64,000 nucleotides of DNA from Caecitellus pseudoparvulus (GCA_965644315.1 CBFFRQ010000039.1:186001-250000); one strand, 5' to 3'. Positions 21,554-35,146 are shown, numbered from the stretch's first letter. Notes: generated from the sequence alone by a model not told the origin. Program-made: numbers and translations.

Positions 21554-24500
21554 ATGCGTGACGCTAGCTTGTCTTCCTGGCTGCATGTTCTGCGCAATGG
21601 CAGTTTTGGCGTGCGTCCAACCAGACCATACAAACGCCCAGCCCAGCGCTTCACTACGCGCCACTCCGCTCTTGCAGGTGCTTTTTATGGCTTCAAAGCG
21701 GGCACTGGTCTCAGGACCTGTGCTTGCTCTGCTTCAAGCCGTGGAGACGCTGCAGATGTGCGTATGCGTTTTCCGCAATTGTGACTCAGCAAATGCCGTG
21801 GACATGGTGGTGGTCAAGAGCATGTTTCCTCCTTTTGCGAGAGCACAGGTGTGCTTTTTCTCTCTTTCTGGTGCAATTCGCCCTGGAGGATGCCGGCACT
21901 ACAACGGGTGCGTGCCCCAACTGCCAGCTGGGCTGCAAACACGCAAGTTGTGCACGATCCAGAAGAGCCCTCATGAGCTGATTGCTAAGAATGAGAGCCC
22001 ATGGCACACGCTATTCGCTGCATCGCCGCCCCTTCGCCCCTGTACTGCAGATGGGTCCAATGGAATTGCAACTGCAGTCATTGCAACGTCGGGTGGGACT
22101 CTGGATGCGACGTTTGGACCCACCTGGTTTGCTGCCTTCTTCATTGCTTGCCTCGTGTGGATGGCCACCCAAGTGGTGCTGGCAGTCTACATCGGGTACA
22201 GGTTTTACACAAACAAGCATGAAGTGGAGTGGCTGGTGCAAGTCTTCCGCGTCATCACTGCCGGCAGCATGTGGGTCATGTTTGTGCCAGCGCTGTGCTC
22301 CTCGCTGCGATGGCTGGCGTGTTCAGCAGTGGAAGACGCAGTGGGTCAAGGCGGCTGCTGGGGAGTGCAGCACGCTCTGGGCAGTGCTGCAGCCCTTTTG
22401 CTGCTGATTCCCTTCGTTGCGCTTGTGCTTGGGGCGCATGCCACGCTGTTCGACCGCAGCCTTGTCAGCGAGCACGCAGGTGCCCGAACCGATGGGCGAG
22501 GGGAAGTGGTACAAGTGGGCATGAAGGTTGCTATCTGCGCCTCATACAGCTTGCTGGAAGGAAGTCAAGTCGGCCTCCGCGTGGCGCTGCTGAGCATCAC
22601 GGCGCTGTGGTGGCTGTCCACTTACGTGTGGACCCAGCCCTACGTGAAGCCACGCAGCAACGAGTTCCGTGCAGCACTTGCTGCGGTGTTCGCGTTGTCT
22701 GTCGTGCTGGTACTCGTGGTACAGATCGCTGCATTTAGCAGCCTGGTGTATGCGTGGGTCGGTCTCTCATTGCTGGCCGCTGTGTCTGCTGCTCTGGCTG
22801 CGCGGGCTTGGCGACACAAAGTTGCAACGACGCTGCTGCAAGACCTGCAGTCTCCAAAAGCAGGCCTGTTGTGGGCGCGTACAAGGGTACACATGATGCA
22901 CAGCATGGCAGCGCGAAGCCGTGGGAGTGTCGATGACCTGCTGGACGACGACCCAGACGCCGCTCCTGGTGCGACTTTGGCTGGCAACATTGGAGACGAC
23001 CACTCGGCCGGAGGGGGATCTACGATGACAGGTGACATATCCCGCCCACGGGGCTCCGCTCAAGTCGACTCCATCCTCGTCGCTATGGGCGGGCAATCAG
23101 CTGACTTGGACAGTCTGTTGAGCACTGAGCAACGTGACCGCTTCGCGAGTCAGCTGAAGCAGGCTGCAGAGCTTGCGTACAGGTGGGTAAGCACGCGGTT
23201 TCCCAGCCACGCTTTGGCACAGCTGCAGGCTGCAGACTTCCACCGAACGTGTGGTTCATCGAGGTACACTGAGTTGATGGCATTGAGCGTCGTGCGGAAG
23301 GTCAGCAACAGCATGGACGTGCAGTTCTTCGCGTTCCAGCGCAACCGACAGCTACGGGAATCCACGCAAGCTGCTTCGGGCGGGGGCGGCCGGGGGGCTG
23401 GCGTGACCTCGCAAGTGGATCGCCTCATGATGGAAAAACATGGGGAACTGGCGTATAAAGCAGAAGTCTCCATCCGTAGCCAAATGGTGAGGCTGTGGGA
23501 GGAGCTGGCCGCGCCAGTGCCTGACCTGACAGCCCTTTCTTCCATTGGCCGCAAGCTCAGCCAAGCACTGACTGCAGCGGAGGAGAACTACACCTCTCAA
23601 CTGCGCATGCAGCGCCAAGATGTGAAAGTGTTGCGGAGGTATGGAGCGTTCCAGCTGACTGTGCTTGGCAGAGTGAGCAAAGGCGAAGAGATGCTCGCTC
23701 GAGCCGACAAGCTTGAAGAGATGAGTGCTGGCAAGGACAGCAGACGCGTCTCGTCGTTCACACTGCTTGAAGCAACACGGGACATTACAGCAGGGGCGCA
23801 CGCTGCAGCTGTGATTCATGCATCGGGAGACCCCACCAGCTTGGGCGATATCACAGGCGCAAACAGCGTCGCAGCCAACATGTTCCGGTGCTCCCCTATG
23901 GACATGGTGGGCGTGCCCGTACACGAACTGCTGCCCTCGCCCTTGAATCTGCTGCTCCGGGCCATGTTGCTGAAGCATGTGCGGGGCACGGACGACAGCA
24001 CACTTGCAAAGCCACGCCTTGTGCTGGCAGTAGACTCTTTTCACCAGCTGCTGCCTGTGCGCCTGACGCTGAAGGAAGCGCCCCCAGAGGAAGACGAAGT
24101 CACAGCTGGCTTTGTATGCATGATGAGCCAGGTTGTGACAGATCAAGACTACATCATGTGCGGGCGCACTGCGCAGGGCATCACGCTTCTCGCTGCTTCC
24201 TCGGGGGGGTACCGGGCGCTCGGCGTGTCACCCTCGCAAGAGGGTGTGCCTGATGTGGACTTGGAGAGCACCTTCCCCGACTTGCTGGATGCTGTCCGTG
24301 ACTCCCTTTCCGACGCACAGCCAAGGTTTAACTGGGGCCACTTGCGAGCGCACATGCACAAGGATACCCATAGTGTGTCGTTTCCTAACGGCAAGGAGGC
24401 CCAGCTGCAGCTGCAAGTACTGGCGTTGCCGGGAAGTGCAGCTCGGCACGCGACACTGCAAGGCCCGCTTGTACTCGCAAGCTGGTCCAGTATCAGTGGC

Positions 24501-27059
24501 GGTGGGCTTGTGCACGAAACAAAGAGCGGACCTTTGCAGCATAGCCAGGGCTCGATCGGGACCCAGGAGGACCAAGACAGCATCGCTGGGCAGGACTCCG
24601 CGGAGGAAAGTGAGCAGGAAGACAGCCCTCTTTTGCCCTTGCTCCCCAGTTCCGAGACTGCCCACGATGCCAAGCGTGGAGTGGCATTCAATCCCCTCGC
24701 TGAATCACCGTCGCCGCGGCAAGCTGCAGCAGACAGCATCGCAAGCTCCAGCAGCGCAGATCCGGGTGCCGAGCCAGCGTGTGGCGGCATGGCGAAGGAA
24801 GTGACGCTTATGCCACACAGTGTCACGCAAGTCAAAGGAGAGAATCCTGCCGGTTCTGGTGAGGCAGTGTCTGACTTTGAGGGAGCGCCACGCTCCACCC
24901 GCCGCGTCAAGGTGGACACAGTCCCAACTGTCCTCGCACTGCAGCAAGACACTGTCCAGACTGATGCTGCAAAAGATGCACCACCAGCGGATGGTGCCGA
25001 GGCTGTAAGTGTGTTTGGAGGCGGGGGCAGTGAAGCTTCGAGTGCTGCCTCTGGCACTTCCATCTCGGCACCTCGGTCCGTGCTGCTCTCGCTGCTGCGG
25101 CGAAGTGGGCTGACCGAGACCACCGTGCGCCGCATCAAGGTAGGGCTCCGCGTGAGCCTCGGCGTTGCGTTGCTCCTCTGCGTCTTTGAGCTGGTGGGCG
25201 TCGCTATCCTCAAAGAGCTCACCACGATCCGGGTGAACAGTCTGGCCCACGCAGGGCAGACGCTGCGCACGCTGCAAGGCGCGACTGTGTCTGCCGCACT
25301 GCTCAACTTGCAAACGTTGGGTGTCCAAGTCGCAGACGAACAAAGCACATTCGCTTCGCTTCGAGATGAAGTCAATTTAGTGCGTTCGCAGTGGAAGGAA
25401 GTCGTGCAAGACTCTGAGATCATGGATACGGTGCAGGAGCAAGTGGGGCCCGGCGGCATGCGTCACAGCCTGGACATTATCAACGTAGACAGAGTCCCTG
25501 CGAAGCAGACGTTGTACGCCGCAATGGGGAACGTCGTTGCGAACTTAGACATGTTGATGCAGCAAAATGCGTCTGCATTTACGCTGAACAACTCTGCTTA
25601 TGCGTTTGCCATTGAGAATGTGCCGCTGTCTGTCATGGACAGCTTGAATGGCACCATCCGGCTACGACGCGAGCAAGCTGTGTACTTCCTTGAGCAAGTG
25701 CAAATCGGCATCCTCGCATTCGCCACTACCAGTGCTGGCGTGCTTGGAATCGCCCTTGGTGTTTATCTGTGGATTCAAATGACGAACCTTGCAGCTGAAC
25801 GGGAGCAGGCTCTCGCGGTGTTGTTGACGGTGCCCGTATCGGCGCTCAAACCGCTGAAGCGTCACGCCAAGACGAAGCTGGCGGAGTTCAAGTCCACCAC
25901 TTCAGAAGGTGCAGAGCAGGCAGAAGCCGTTGCGGCGTTGGACGATGAAGAAGGGGGGATGGGAGTGGAGGGCAATGTCATCGCGGAACAGGCGGTTCCC
26001 TCTGGGGGCACCAGCGTCACCAGCAGCACAGACTCAAGAGCTCGACGCTTACTCGCCAGCAGCCGCACACATGGTTGGAAGTCATCATCCAAGCAGGTGG
26101 GGGCGCGAGAGGCTGTGGATCTAGGTGCCTTCAAGACGAGCCACTTGCTGGTGCTCATGCTGCAGGTTGTCCTGGCCGTCCTGTGGCTGGGAGGCCTCAC
26201 GACCACGCTGATGGTCAGTCACGCCACTCTGGAGCAAGACATGACGCGTCTCTACGACACCCAGCAGCTGTCCAGCTTGATCATGCAGGTGGGCCAGGTG
26301 ACATCGTTGACGGTGGCGTTGCCTGAAGGGCGCGTGCGGGAGGAAGCCTCCAAGGACCTGTACGTTTCCATGGACTTGTCGCTCCGCCGGCTGACAGCGC
26401 TGCTTCAGGGCACAGAAGGGAATGGTGGGAAAGAAGTCCAGCCCCTTCCCGTTGACAGCGAGGTGTTCCGGGTGTTCTACGAAAACTCCTGCGTGGCCCT
26501 GGCCAAGCACGCTCGAGAGCCGGAAGGCTGCCGTACGTTCGACCGCGGCGTCATGACCCTGGGCCTGCAGATCCTGCTGCAGCGCTACTTGCAGCGTGCA
26601 AGGGTCATGGCCCAGACCTTGAATCGATCTCAAAGCGAGAACCTCGCTCTAGACGTTGCCAAAGTGTTGGATGGCCGCGTGACAAGCGGCAGCCTGAGCG
26701 GCGCCACAGTGGAGGAGCTACGCGAACTTCACCGAGGCCTCAGCCTCCTCGTGGCAAGTGAGAACCCTTACATGCGGGCTGGTATGCGAGCAGTTAGCGA
26801 CATCCTCATCGACGCAACGATTCGGTCTGAGGAGGCGTCTTTCGAGGCCAGCCTCGGCGTCAACTTCGCCTTCATTGCCATCTCTCTCGCTCTTCACTTC
26901 TTGTGGCACCGCCCGCACCTTGAAGAGATGCAGGCACAGCTGAATGGCACCCGCAGCCTGCTGCTCTCGCTCCCACTCGGGTACCTTGCCAAGGACAAGC
27001 AGACCCTTCGAGCATTCAAGGACTTTGTCGTGGAGCTGTCTGCCAAAGCGCGTCACTGA
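21554..27059 (+). CDS. TmcB/TmcC-like PAS-domain multi-pass membrane protein; first intron 21611-21677, further 5' intron(s) unresolved
   Basis: Splice gives LRNGSFG|VLFMASKR..LQAVETLQ. About 8 N-terminal TMs, helical region (SMDVQFFAFQR; VKVLRRYGAFQLTVL..GEEML..AD), PAS motif LGDITGANSVAANMFRCSPMDMVGVPVHELLPSP, and C-terminal TM pairs ending RSLLLSLP. Family assignment is from recalled motif architecture. Confidence 0.72.
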
Positions 27060-27433
27060 GGCGGCACCCCAAGAAGCTGCGTCCACCTGAGGGAGGCCTG
27101 AGGTAGACGAATGCAAATTAGTGCGTGCATGGCGTAAAGTGTGCGTTGGGCTGGTCACGTGAGTCTGAGGGAAGACGACGCGTCCAAAGGCTTGTTCAAC
27201 GAATGATAATTGCAAAATCCTGACCGTGTGGTCATGTGTTTCTTCGGATTTCAGAACTGCACAACGATTGAAGTCAATTTTGAGTAAGCAAGGCTGTACA
27301 GCGGCCAGATAAACACCATAACCATTTTTTGAGGCTGTTGGCATCATCGATTGCTAAGCGGGTGACACACAAGGGCTTGGGTCGCTGAAGGCTACGGAGG
27401 GGCGGAAATTGAGCCAGCAGGCAGCCGCCGAGC

Positions 27434-28906
27434 ATGGCTGGCCCGCCTGTGGATGGGGGCAAAGCACCGCGCATCCCCGAACAGGGAAATGTATTGCAAC
27501 GCATGATTAATGTGCCAGCGGTGTGGCAGGTGTGTTGGGCGCTTCTTGTGGTTGCTGTCAGCGATCGCAATCGACAGCCGGACTTTCAATTGCCGCAGGT
27601 TGCGCTGTGGACTGTGCTGTTTTACTTCTCCAGCGCTGTGTCAGGCATGATGAACAAGCAGATCATCGCAGACTACGGCATTCTGCCCACCACTCTCACC
27701 ATGTGGCACCTGCTCATCAGCGTTGCGTGTGATAGTGCGTGCTGTGCCTGCCAGGTGGCAGCAAGGTGCGCCGCCGCGGATGGCACGCAGCGCACACTAC
27801 CTTGCCGCCTCGCACAGGCTGCGTCGTGTGGGCCCTGGGGCAAGCTAAGGTGCCAAGCGGCAAGACACTGCTGGGTCACACTACCAGCGTCATGCTGCAG
27901 TTCCTGCCCATCGCCCTGTTCATCATCGGCGGCAAGCTGGCGACGTACTTTTCGTACAACTACGTGAGCATGGCCTTGACCCACACTGCGAAGGCCCTGG
28001 AGCCAGTGTTCAACGTGGTCCTATCGGCTGTCTTCTTTGGAGAGTACAAGTCCTTCGGCGTGTATGTGTCGCTGGTGCCCATTGCGCTGGGCGTGGGCAT
28101 CGCCTCCACGTCAGAGATGTCCTACAACGTGCGTTGCCCGCGATGGCGCTGCGTGACTCCGCCTCCCCGGCATGCCCTTGCCTTATGGCGCCTGCCCTTT
28201 GCAGCACATTGGCTTTGCCGCTGCGAGCTTGTCTGCCGCGCTGAAGGTGCTGCAGAACATCTACACCAAGCGGGTGATGGGCAAGGCGTCGTACTCCTTC
28301 TTCGAGATCCACCTGTTCTGCGGGGCTGCCTCCGCCTTGACACTGGTCCCAGTCTCCATCGTGGAACAGCTATCTGCCGCTGGCGTGGACCCTTCTGCCC
28401 TGGGCCCAGCGGACGCGGCACTTGCCCAACAGTTCCCCGGCGGGCTGCTCCTCGTGGACTCGGCACTGCAGTACTTGAGCAGCATCAGCAGCTACATGGT
28501 GCTGAGCCTCGTCGCACACCTCACCTTCACCATAGTCAACAGCATGAAGCGCCTTGTCATCATCACCAGCGGCACCTGGGTGTTTGGCGGCTTCAACTGG
28601 ACCAACCTCACAGGCGTCTGCATGGCTGTCGGCGGCGTGTTCCTGTACAATCTCGTGCGCCCCAAGCACACTGGGCCCGCAGGCAAGGGCCCGGACAGCT
28701 CCTCAGCACAGGCTCTGCAACTGCTCGCAGTGCACACGCCAGGCGGCAGAGTCAGCAGCCCTCGCGACACTCCACTAGGCACGCCTTACGAGGCAGCAGC
28801 TGCGATGGTCATGACCGACAAGGGGTCGTTGCGCACCAACGGCGGGCAGGCGTCTGCCTTTTCGCCTGTGCCTGACAACGCACGAGGTCAAGTTGACCGT
28901 GTCTGA
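27434..28906 (+). CDS. Triose-phosphate/nucleotide-sugar transporter (SLC35E/TPT family), multi-exon
   Basis: Exons in three frames: FYFSSAVSGMMNKQII..PTTLTMWHL; SYNYVSMALTHTAKALEPVFNVVLS..FGE...SLVPIALGVGIASTSEMSYN; IGFAAASLSAALKVLQNIYTK...LTFTIVNSMKRLVII. Confidence 0.85.
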
Positions 28907-29224
28907 AGCTTGCAGGGCCAGGAGCCGGAGTTGGGCAGTGATCACTGTGCCGGCTAGGAGTGTCGTCATGGCAGCAACAAATGTGAGAGAGGGCATGTCG
29001 TGCGTCCAGCATTGTGTGCACTTCGCTCAATGCACGCCATTTGCACCCCAACCCAGCAGAAGCAAAGCCAGGGTGCAGAGCATCGACGGCTGGCCAACCT
29101 GCAGAGCTGCGCGTTGGCGAAACAAAAAACTACTCACCCTGCCGCACAAGAGCTAGGTTAGGGAGCGCTAGGCATTCGTTTGCTTGTGGTCTTTAGACCC
29201 TGGCTTGCGCCTTGAGCGCCCGCA

Positions 29225-31058
29225 ATGGCCCCCGACTCTGTTGGCCCGTCGAGTTCCGCACCGGGGCGATCTTCGGATTCCAGTTCGCTGAGGGCTCCTA
29301 CACGCACTGTCGCATCGCCTGGCGGAAATCTACCCCTTGTCCTGTGGATTCTGTGCTTGGGAGTCGCTGTGTGGACGTCATGCTCGTTTCTTTGGAGCGA
29401 CAGTGCCCGGTCCACCACCGGCCAACAACGCTTTTCAATGAACGTGCAAGCTCACTTGGAGCATGCTGCGAGCGGAGCCCATGATGTGCTTCGTGTCAGA
29501 GGAGGCAAGGCTGCTGCAGAAGGAGCACAGAGCCTCCCTCCTGGGCCCCAAGCGTGCGGAATGAGCGATGCAAGCAGTCCCCGAGCTCCACCACGCCACC
29601 CTTTTTCCCGCTCTCGCATCCTGTACAGCCAGGGAGCAGACAAGGACGCTGTCTCACCCACAGGAAAAAAACAGGCCCAAGGGTCACCAGAATTCCCAGC
29701 TGCACTTGAAGACGCTTTGCCAAGGCCGTGCGTACCACACCACGCCACGTGATGTTGGCGAAGCTGGCCTGGTGGTTACCCTGCTTCCCCGTGCTCGATG
29801 CTCTGCAGGGAACCCGAGTACGGCGTGCTAGCGAACGGCGCAAAGGAAGGGGCAAAACCAGAAGATGTGGAGCGGTACCGTGCTCAGCGGAAGCTGCGAG
29901 CGGCTTGCCTCGCGAAGAAGGACCAGCCTCGCTTCCACATGCTCACGTGCGTGGCTCATTCCGCACCGTGCAGGGCAAACAGCTGCATGCGGACAAACCA
30001 GGGTGCACCTGCTTTCACTTCACACCCCACTTTGTATTCTCAGGGTGGCCAACAAGAACGCAGGGGCGCTGTGCTACACTGTGGAGTCCGCCGCCCAGAA
30101 CCGCATCAACGTTACTGTGATGAATTGGGGAGGTGTGCACAAAGGCCACGGCGCCAAGCTGTTCTTGCAGGAACAAGTGCGTGGCAGTGCAAGCTTGGTT
30201 CGTTGTTCTGCGCCACCGCACCCTGCAAACTCCGTTGCGCCCGCGCAGTACTTGGCAGGGCTGGACCCCTGCGATGTGGTCATGTTTGTGGACGGATTGG
30301 ATGTGCTGTTTGGACAGGGCGAGGAAGCACTCTTGCAGCGTATCCTGGACATGGAGAAGGCCGACGATGAATTCAGCATCTGGTTCGGGGCGGAGTGCGG
30401 CTGCTGGCCCCAGGCAGCGTACCCGGACGGCACCAACATCTGCTCGAATCTATATCCCCGCTCGCCAACGCGGTTCCGGTACCTGAACACTGGCATCTGG
30501 TTCGGGCGTGCATGGGCGGCACGGGAGGTGCTTGGGCAGGTGTCGCGTGGCCTGTCCAATGTGGAGCTCACGGGCGCGGAGAATGACCAAGAAATCATCA
30601 GTGGCAACTACTGGAACCGACGCAGCGATGTGAGCATGTCGCTAGACTACCACATGCGTGTGGGCGGAAACTGCCACTCCTGGCCGGGCTGTGACATGGT
30701 GGACGTGCTGCAGAGCAACGGCAATGGAAAGGGGGACTTCCTGCTGCCCGACTTGGGCACGACGCCCGGGGTCCTGCACTTCAACGGTGGCTCCAAGAAC
30801 GCTGTGAACAAAATTCGAGCAGGCATGTGGTATCGCCTCCCGGCGGGCTCCTTCGAAGACTCCCAGCACCCCGCCCCCCTGACTCGGGATGAACTGGCTG
30901 CAACAAGTCTCTTCACGCCGCTGTACCCGCCCAGCACGGCCCCTGACGGGCAGCCCTACCCCCCTCCGGACCGGCCTGAGTTCACGAACGTCGTGGACTT
31001 TGGCTGCCGCGTGACAGACTCTGCGCAGCTCGTGCACAAGGACAACAAGACTCCATGA
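29225..31058 (+). CDS. Type II membrane glycosyltransferase with a PLOD (lysyl hydroxylase N-terminal)-type GT domain, multi-exon
   Basis: TM (LVLWILCLGVAVWTSCSFLW) in exon 1. Motifs DVVMFVDGLDVLF, FGAECGCWP, RYLNTGIWFG, NDQE, LDY, LHFNG. Exact internal exon boundaries not fully resolved. Confidence 0.75.
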
Positions 31059-31072
31059 AGCAGGTGCCCGGC

Positions 31073-32876
31073 TTACACTGCCGGTGCCATTTCTGACGTG
31101 GGTGGGGCAAGCAGCGAGTACTCAGCCTCAGCTCTCTGCGTCCGAAGGCGTCTTCGGCAGAGGTATCCAGCGAGGAGCACCAGTGGTGCACAGGCTAGCA
31201 TGCCCGCAAAAGCAGTGTATGCTGGCAGCATGGCCAGGTGCTGGGCCTGGAAGATGAGCCATGTGCTGAACGACTGCACAGCCAGGCTAGTGCATGAGTT
31301 GAGGGTGAACACAATGAACACAGGCGGAATCGCGCCGGCCTTCTCTGCGCTGCCCAGCTCAACCCGAGCTTGCTCAATGGCGCAGCTGGTCACGTCATAG
31401 TACAGTGCGTTGCCCAGAGCATGCAGCCCAAAGTACAGGAACAGGGCACACAGTGCCAGGGCGGTGGACTCGGTGCGTCCATGAGCGATTGCCCGACTTT
31501 GCCCGACGACTGCAAGCAATGCAGTGTTTGCGAGGGAGATGCCCAGCAACACCCACGCACTGTTGGCACGGGCGAAACGCTGCAGAGTCTTGCAGCCGTA
31601 ACCAAACGACATGGCTGCTCCAAGCGCCAGGGATGCCGCGACAAAGGAGCCGTTGAAGTCTGCGCAGGGGTAGGGGAGGGCGTCCCGTTGACTGCATGGA
31701 GGCCGTCGCAAACTTGGCAGAGGACGCACCTGCTTTGGCGCCGGGAAGCAGCGCATCATACAGGGATGACTCAAAGTTGTACACATTCTGGTACACAGGG
31801 TCTCCCACGAGACACCACCAGAGGGCCACAAGGACGAATGCTGCGTCACTGTACACACGGCGCAGCAGCCGCCAGATGAAACCCGCTCGCTGTGAGAGGC
31901 TTTCCTCGCCACTGGCCGGTGAAGGCGGGGTGGTTTGCCCATACAGGCGTCGCCGGGAGACACAGCACTCCAACCATGCGGTGCGGCACACGAGGAAGTC
32001 CCCTGCGATGCGCGCCGGCGAACGAAGGCGGGGCTGAGGCGCTTGCACGGGGGCTCTTGGTTCCTCCACTGCGATGGGCGACCCCTGTCTCCCCCGAGCA
32101 GGGGCCCGCCATAGAGAAACTTGGGAGGGGAAGAACACTGCGCCGCAGAGAATGGCCAACGCCACGCCGATAGAGGACAGCCAGACGAGGCCGGTGAGGT
32201 TCATGGCGCGCGTGTGCAGCAGCGCGTCCCCTGCCACGGCAGCCAAGATGTGGACGGTCAGGTACGTGCCTTGGATGGCTCCCGTCACTGACCCGTACTC
32301 AGATGCGGGCATGACGATGTATGCGAGCGCAAAGAAGAGCACTTCCGAGGCGGAACCTGTGGGCTTGCGACGCGCCGGGGTTGTGTGGTTGTCGTGGCAG
32401 GCGGCAGCTCCGGGGGCAGCCAGCACGCACCAGCAGAGTATAGCACTTCCATCCACACCTGTGAGATCACTGTGGTGCCACTGATGAGCAGAAGCCTCGT
32501 GCCAATGCGTGCGGCAGCGGTCAGCAGTATTACTCCCCGAAATGACGTGGTCTCGGCGAGCGCCGTGGCGAGCAGCAGCCACGGGACGTAGAAATACGTC
32601 GAGATGGGGTAGATCTCGTCATTGATTTCCCGTGGAGAGAAGCCTCTCTCTCTCAGGTACCTCGTCAAGTGTGGCTCAGATGGCTGGGAGGGTGGCGTCA
32701 GCCGCGGCGTGTTGCGTGAATCTGCGGAATTTGACTCGCTTCGTCGGAATCCTTGCACACTGACGCACCTTGAAGACATACAGAGTGAGAAAGGCGCAAA
32801 GGATGTACGTAATGATAAGGGGATCCACGAACCAGCCCTTGGGCGGCGCAGCCTGCCTTCCGTGGCCCGCGGGCAT
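31073..32876 (-). CDS. Reduced folate carrier/thiamine transporter (SLC19 family), multi-exon
   Basis: LCAFLTLYVFK|PSEPHLTRYL...EINDEIYPISTYFY...TRLLLI..MEVLYS|GSASEVLFFALAYIV resembles the SLC19 RPSEPFLTPYL / EIFPVWTYSY / ATEVAYYAYIY motifs. C-terminal FNG..A and VFTLNS; ~12 TMs. Confidence 0.8.
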
Positions 32877-33074
32877 CGTGTGGCTCAGGTTCGCGGCGAA
32901 TGGCCTGAGGAGCGCGCAGCTGTCGATTGCTCCCGCTCAACAGAGGGGGAATCCTGTGCAGGGCAAGTCAGATCAGCAAGCACACACTCGAGGTCCCCGA
33001 ATGTGAAGTTCTGAATTTGTCACAGTGCTACGTGCCACCTGCTGCCTGTGCCGGGCCGGTGCAGGGAGCGGGCT

Positions 33075-34703
33075 TCACGAGCCCTCTGACTGCTGGCGGC
33101 TCCTTGGTTTCGAAAAAGACCCCACAGCCACGAATCCCCCAGTGGCATCTTCTGCTTCAAGAGTGTCCATGGTGCCATGCATCGCCTGTGACGCCGCCGC
33201 TCGCACCAGCGCCTGCACTGCATCCTCTCCTGTGCCTGGCGTGGGCAGATGCCCCGGTGTGGGCAGCACACTGCCGACTTCGGCGGCGTCGTCCACGGTC
33301 CGCAGTGTGGGGCGTTCTGCAGGACTGGAAGGGGCTGCTTGGCTTGTCTCGGTGTCCCCGACGCTACTGGTGTCGATGGACGTCTCGTGCAGCTGGGAGG
33401 CAGCATCGTCCCCGTCGTCACCTTCCGAGGCAGAGCCATCAGGCGCCTCGCTCACGGAGGCAGCTGCATCGTCCACCTGGTGAGTCGTGTCTACAGCTTG
33501 CACAGTGACGGTTTCTGAACTGCCAGTCTCGCTGCCTGCCTGCAGGCTGCTGGGGGGGGCTACTGGGTCCGCTGGTGGCTTGCGGATGAGTTCCATCGTG
33601 GGGCTGGCAGGAGCAGTAAGGGATGGCTCGGCAGGAGTTGGTGGTGCGTCAAGGTGAGGGCGCACTGTGGTGGGGGCCGGTGCGTGGGGCCACACAGAGA
33701 GGGTGAGGAGGATGTGTCCGCTCCACACCAGCACCGCCACGCCCACCAGCAATGCGCCCCAGCCGTACCACAGCGGCACATCGCGCTCGGGAACGGGAAG
33801 CACTGAGATGGCCAGCAACACAGCACCCAATGTGCCTCCCACTGTGAGCAGGGCAGTTGTCGCGGTGAGTTCCCGGCACACCGCTTGTGAGGTGGGGGGC
33901 ACGCCAAAAGCCCGCACTGGGCCGTGTGAGCACAGGCGGTGGAAGTGCACGATGCTCTTGATGAGCAGGCCAGTCAGCACCAGCCACGCGCCGGTGAACA
34001 GCACGATGAAGGGGGTCACTGCGCCCAGGGTGAGGCCCAGGAATCCCAGCCCAGACACGACTGTGCCGGCGACATCCACAGCCCCCCACACACCCTCTGC
34101 GACCGCCGCCACCCAGATGATGTCCAAGAAGAAGGCGATGGCGTACAGCCCAGTGCCACAGCGACTCAGGATGAGCCAGAGGAAGCCGAGGCGAGGCTCG
34201 GTGCGCAGGGGTGGGGGCCAGAAGTGCAGGGCCATGCCCGCTGCCGCAATGTAGAAGAACGAAGCGATGAAGTTGATGACAGTGGTGGTGAGCTGCACAC
34301 GCCCCTTGCAGGCGATGCTGACGGGCAGGCCAGCACAGTGCCCCGCCACGGCGCCAAGTTCGTGACCCTCAGCGAGCTTGGGCTGTGCCTGCTCAGGCTG
34401 GGAGGCGGAGGCGGGGCGAAGCACCTCCACGATGCAGGAGCCGTCGTGTGAGCTGGATGCTGAGCGGGTATGGCGAGGGGGTTCCGCAAAGGCCTCCTTG
34501 GCGCCAGCCGACGGCGCGGTGGAATCGCCAGGCTGTGCGGTCCCAGCACCAGTCACCACCAGCACTGCGTCAGCGGCGCCAGGGCCGCTGGCAGAGGCAG
34601 GCTCGTCTACAAAGCACTCCTCGTGGATAGGGGAGTCTTCACGTGGTACATCAGAGGCATCGCCCCACTTTTGCGAGGCACTGGCGCCCCCAACCTGCGC
34701 CAT
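33075..34703 (-). CDS. Hypothetical protein with ~6-7 TM helices and acidic low-complexity termini
   Basis: Long ORF; probable ATG 34703 (MAQVGG). Hydrophobic helices from VINFIASFFYIAAAG to WGALLVGVAVLVWSG. No family recognised. Confidence 0.65.
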   Translation of the reverse strand: MAQVGGASASQKWGDASDVPREDSPIHEECFVDEPASASGPGAADAVLVVTGAGTAQPGDSTAPSAGAKEAFAEPPRHTRSASSSHDGSCIVEVLRPASASQPEQAQPKLAEGHELGAVAGHCAGLPVSIACKGRVQLTTTVINFIASFFYIAAAGMALHFWPPPLRTEPRLGFLWLILSRCGTGLYAIAFFLDIIWVAAVAEGVWGAVDVAGTVVSGLGFLGLTLGAVTPFIVLFTGAWLVLTGLLIKSIVHFHRLCSHGPVRAFGVPPTSQAVCRELTATTALLTVGGTLGAVLLAISVLPVPERDVPLWYGWGALLVGVAVLVWSGHILLTLSVWPHAPAPTTVRPHLDAPPTPAEPSLTAPASPTMELIRKPPADPVAPPSSLQAGSETGSSETVTVQAVDTTHQVDDAAASVSEAPDGSASEGDDGDDAASQLHETSIDTSSVGDTETSQAAPSSPAERPTLRTVDDAAEVGSVLPTPGHLPTPGTGEDAVQALVRAAASQAMHGTMDTLEAEDATGGFVAVGSFSKPRSRQQSEGS

Positions 34704-35146
34704 GAGTGCAGCAGCGGTTCCAAGCCCTTCCCACCAGCCCGAATGTCGGGCGACTGCAGGCAGGGCGCCTGCAGTGGGGGGACGATTCGACGCTCGGTAG
34801 GTGAGCACAGCAGGATAAAGTTGGTGAGAGGTGCAGCAGGGTTGGTTGGGCAGGGGTGGGCTGAGGGATGTGGCGCTGGAGTAGCGGTGCTTCGTGCCGC
34901 GATGAGCGTTTTCGCATTCCGCACATTGTCTCGGAATGCAACTCGCAATGCCCGGGCAAAAGTAAGACAATCCAAAAAATTGCACTTCGCATGCACAGTG
35001 ATGCAAGAAGTCCCACTCTGTGTCTTTATACCTGCGCCGACCAAGCCTGCAGCAGCCGGTGAAGTCCGTTTGCAGGACCGAGCAACAGCCAGCCCGGGCC
35101 CTGCCTCCACACGGCCAAGCAGCCTTGCCAGTGCACGACCAAGAAC

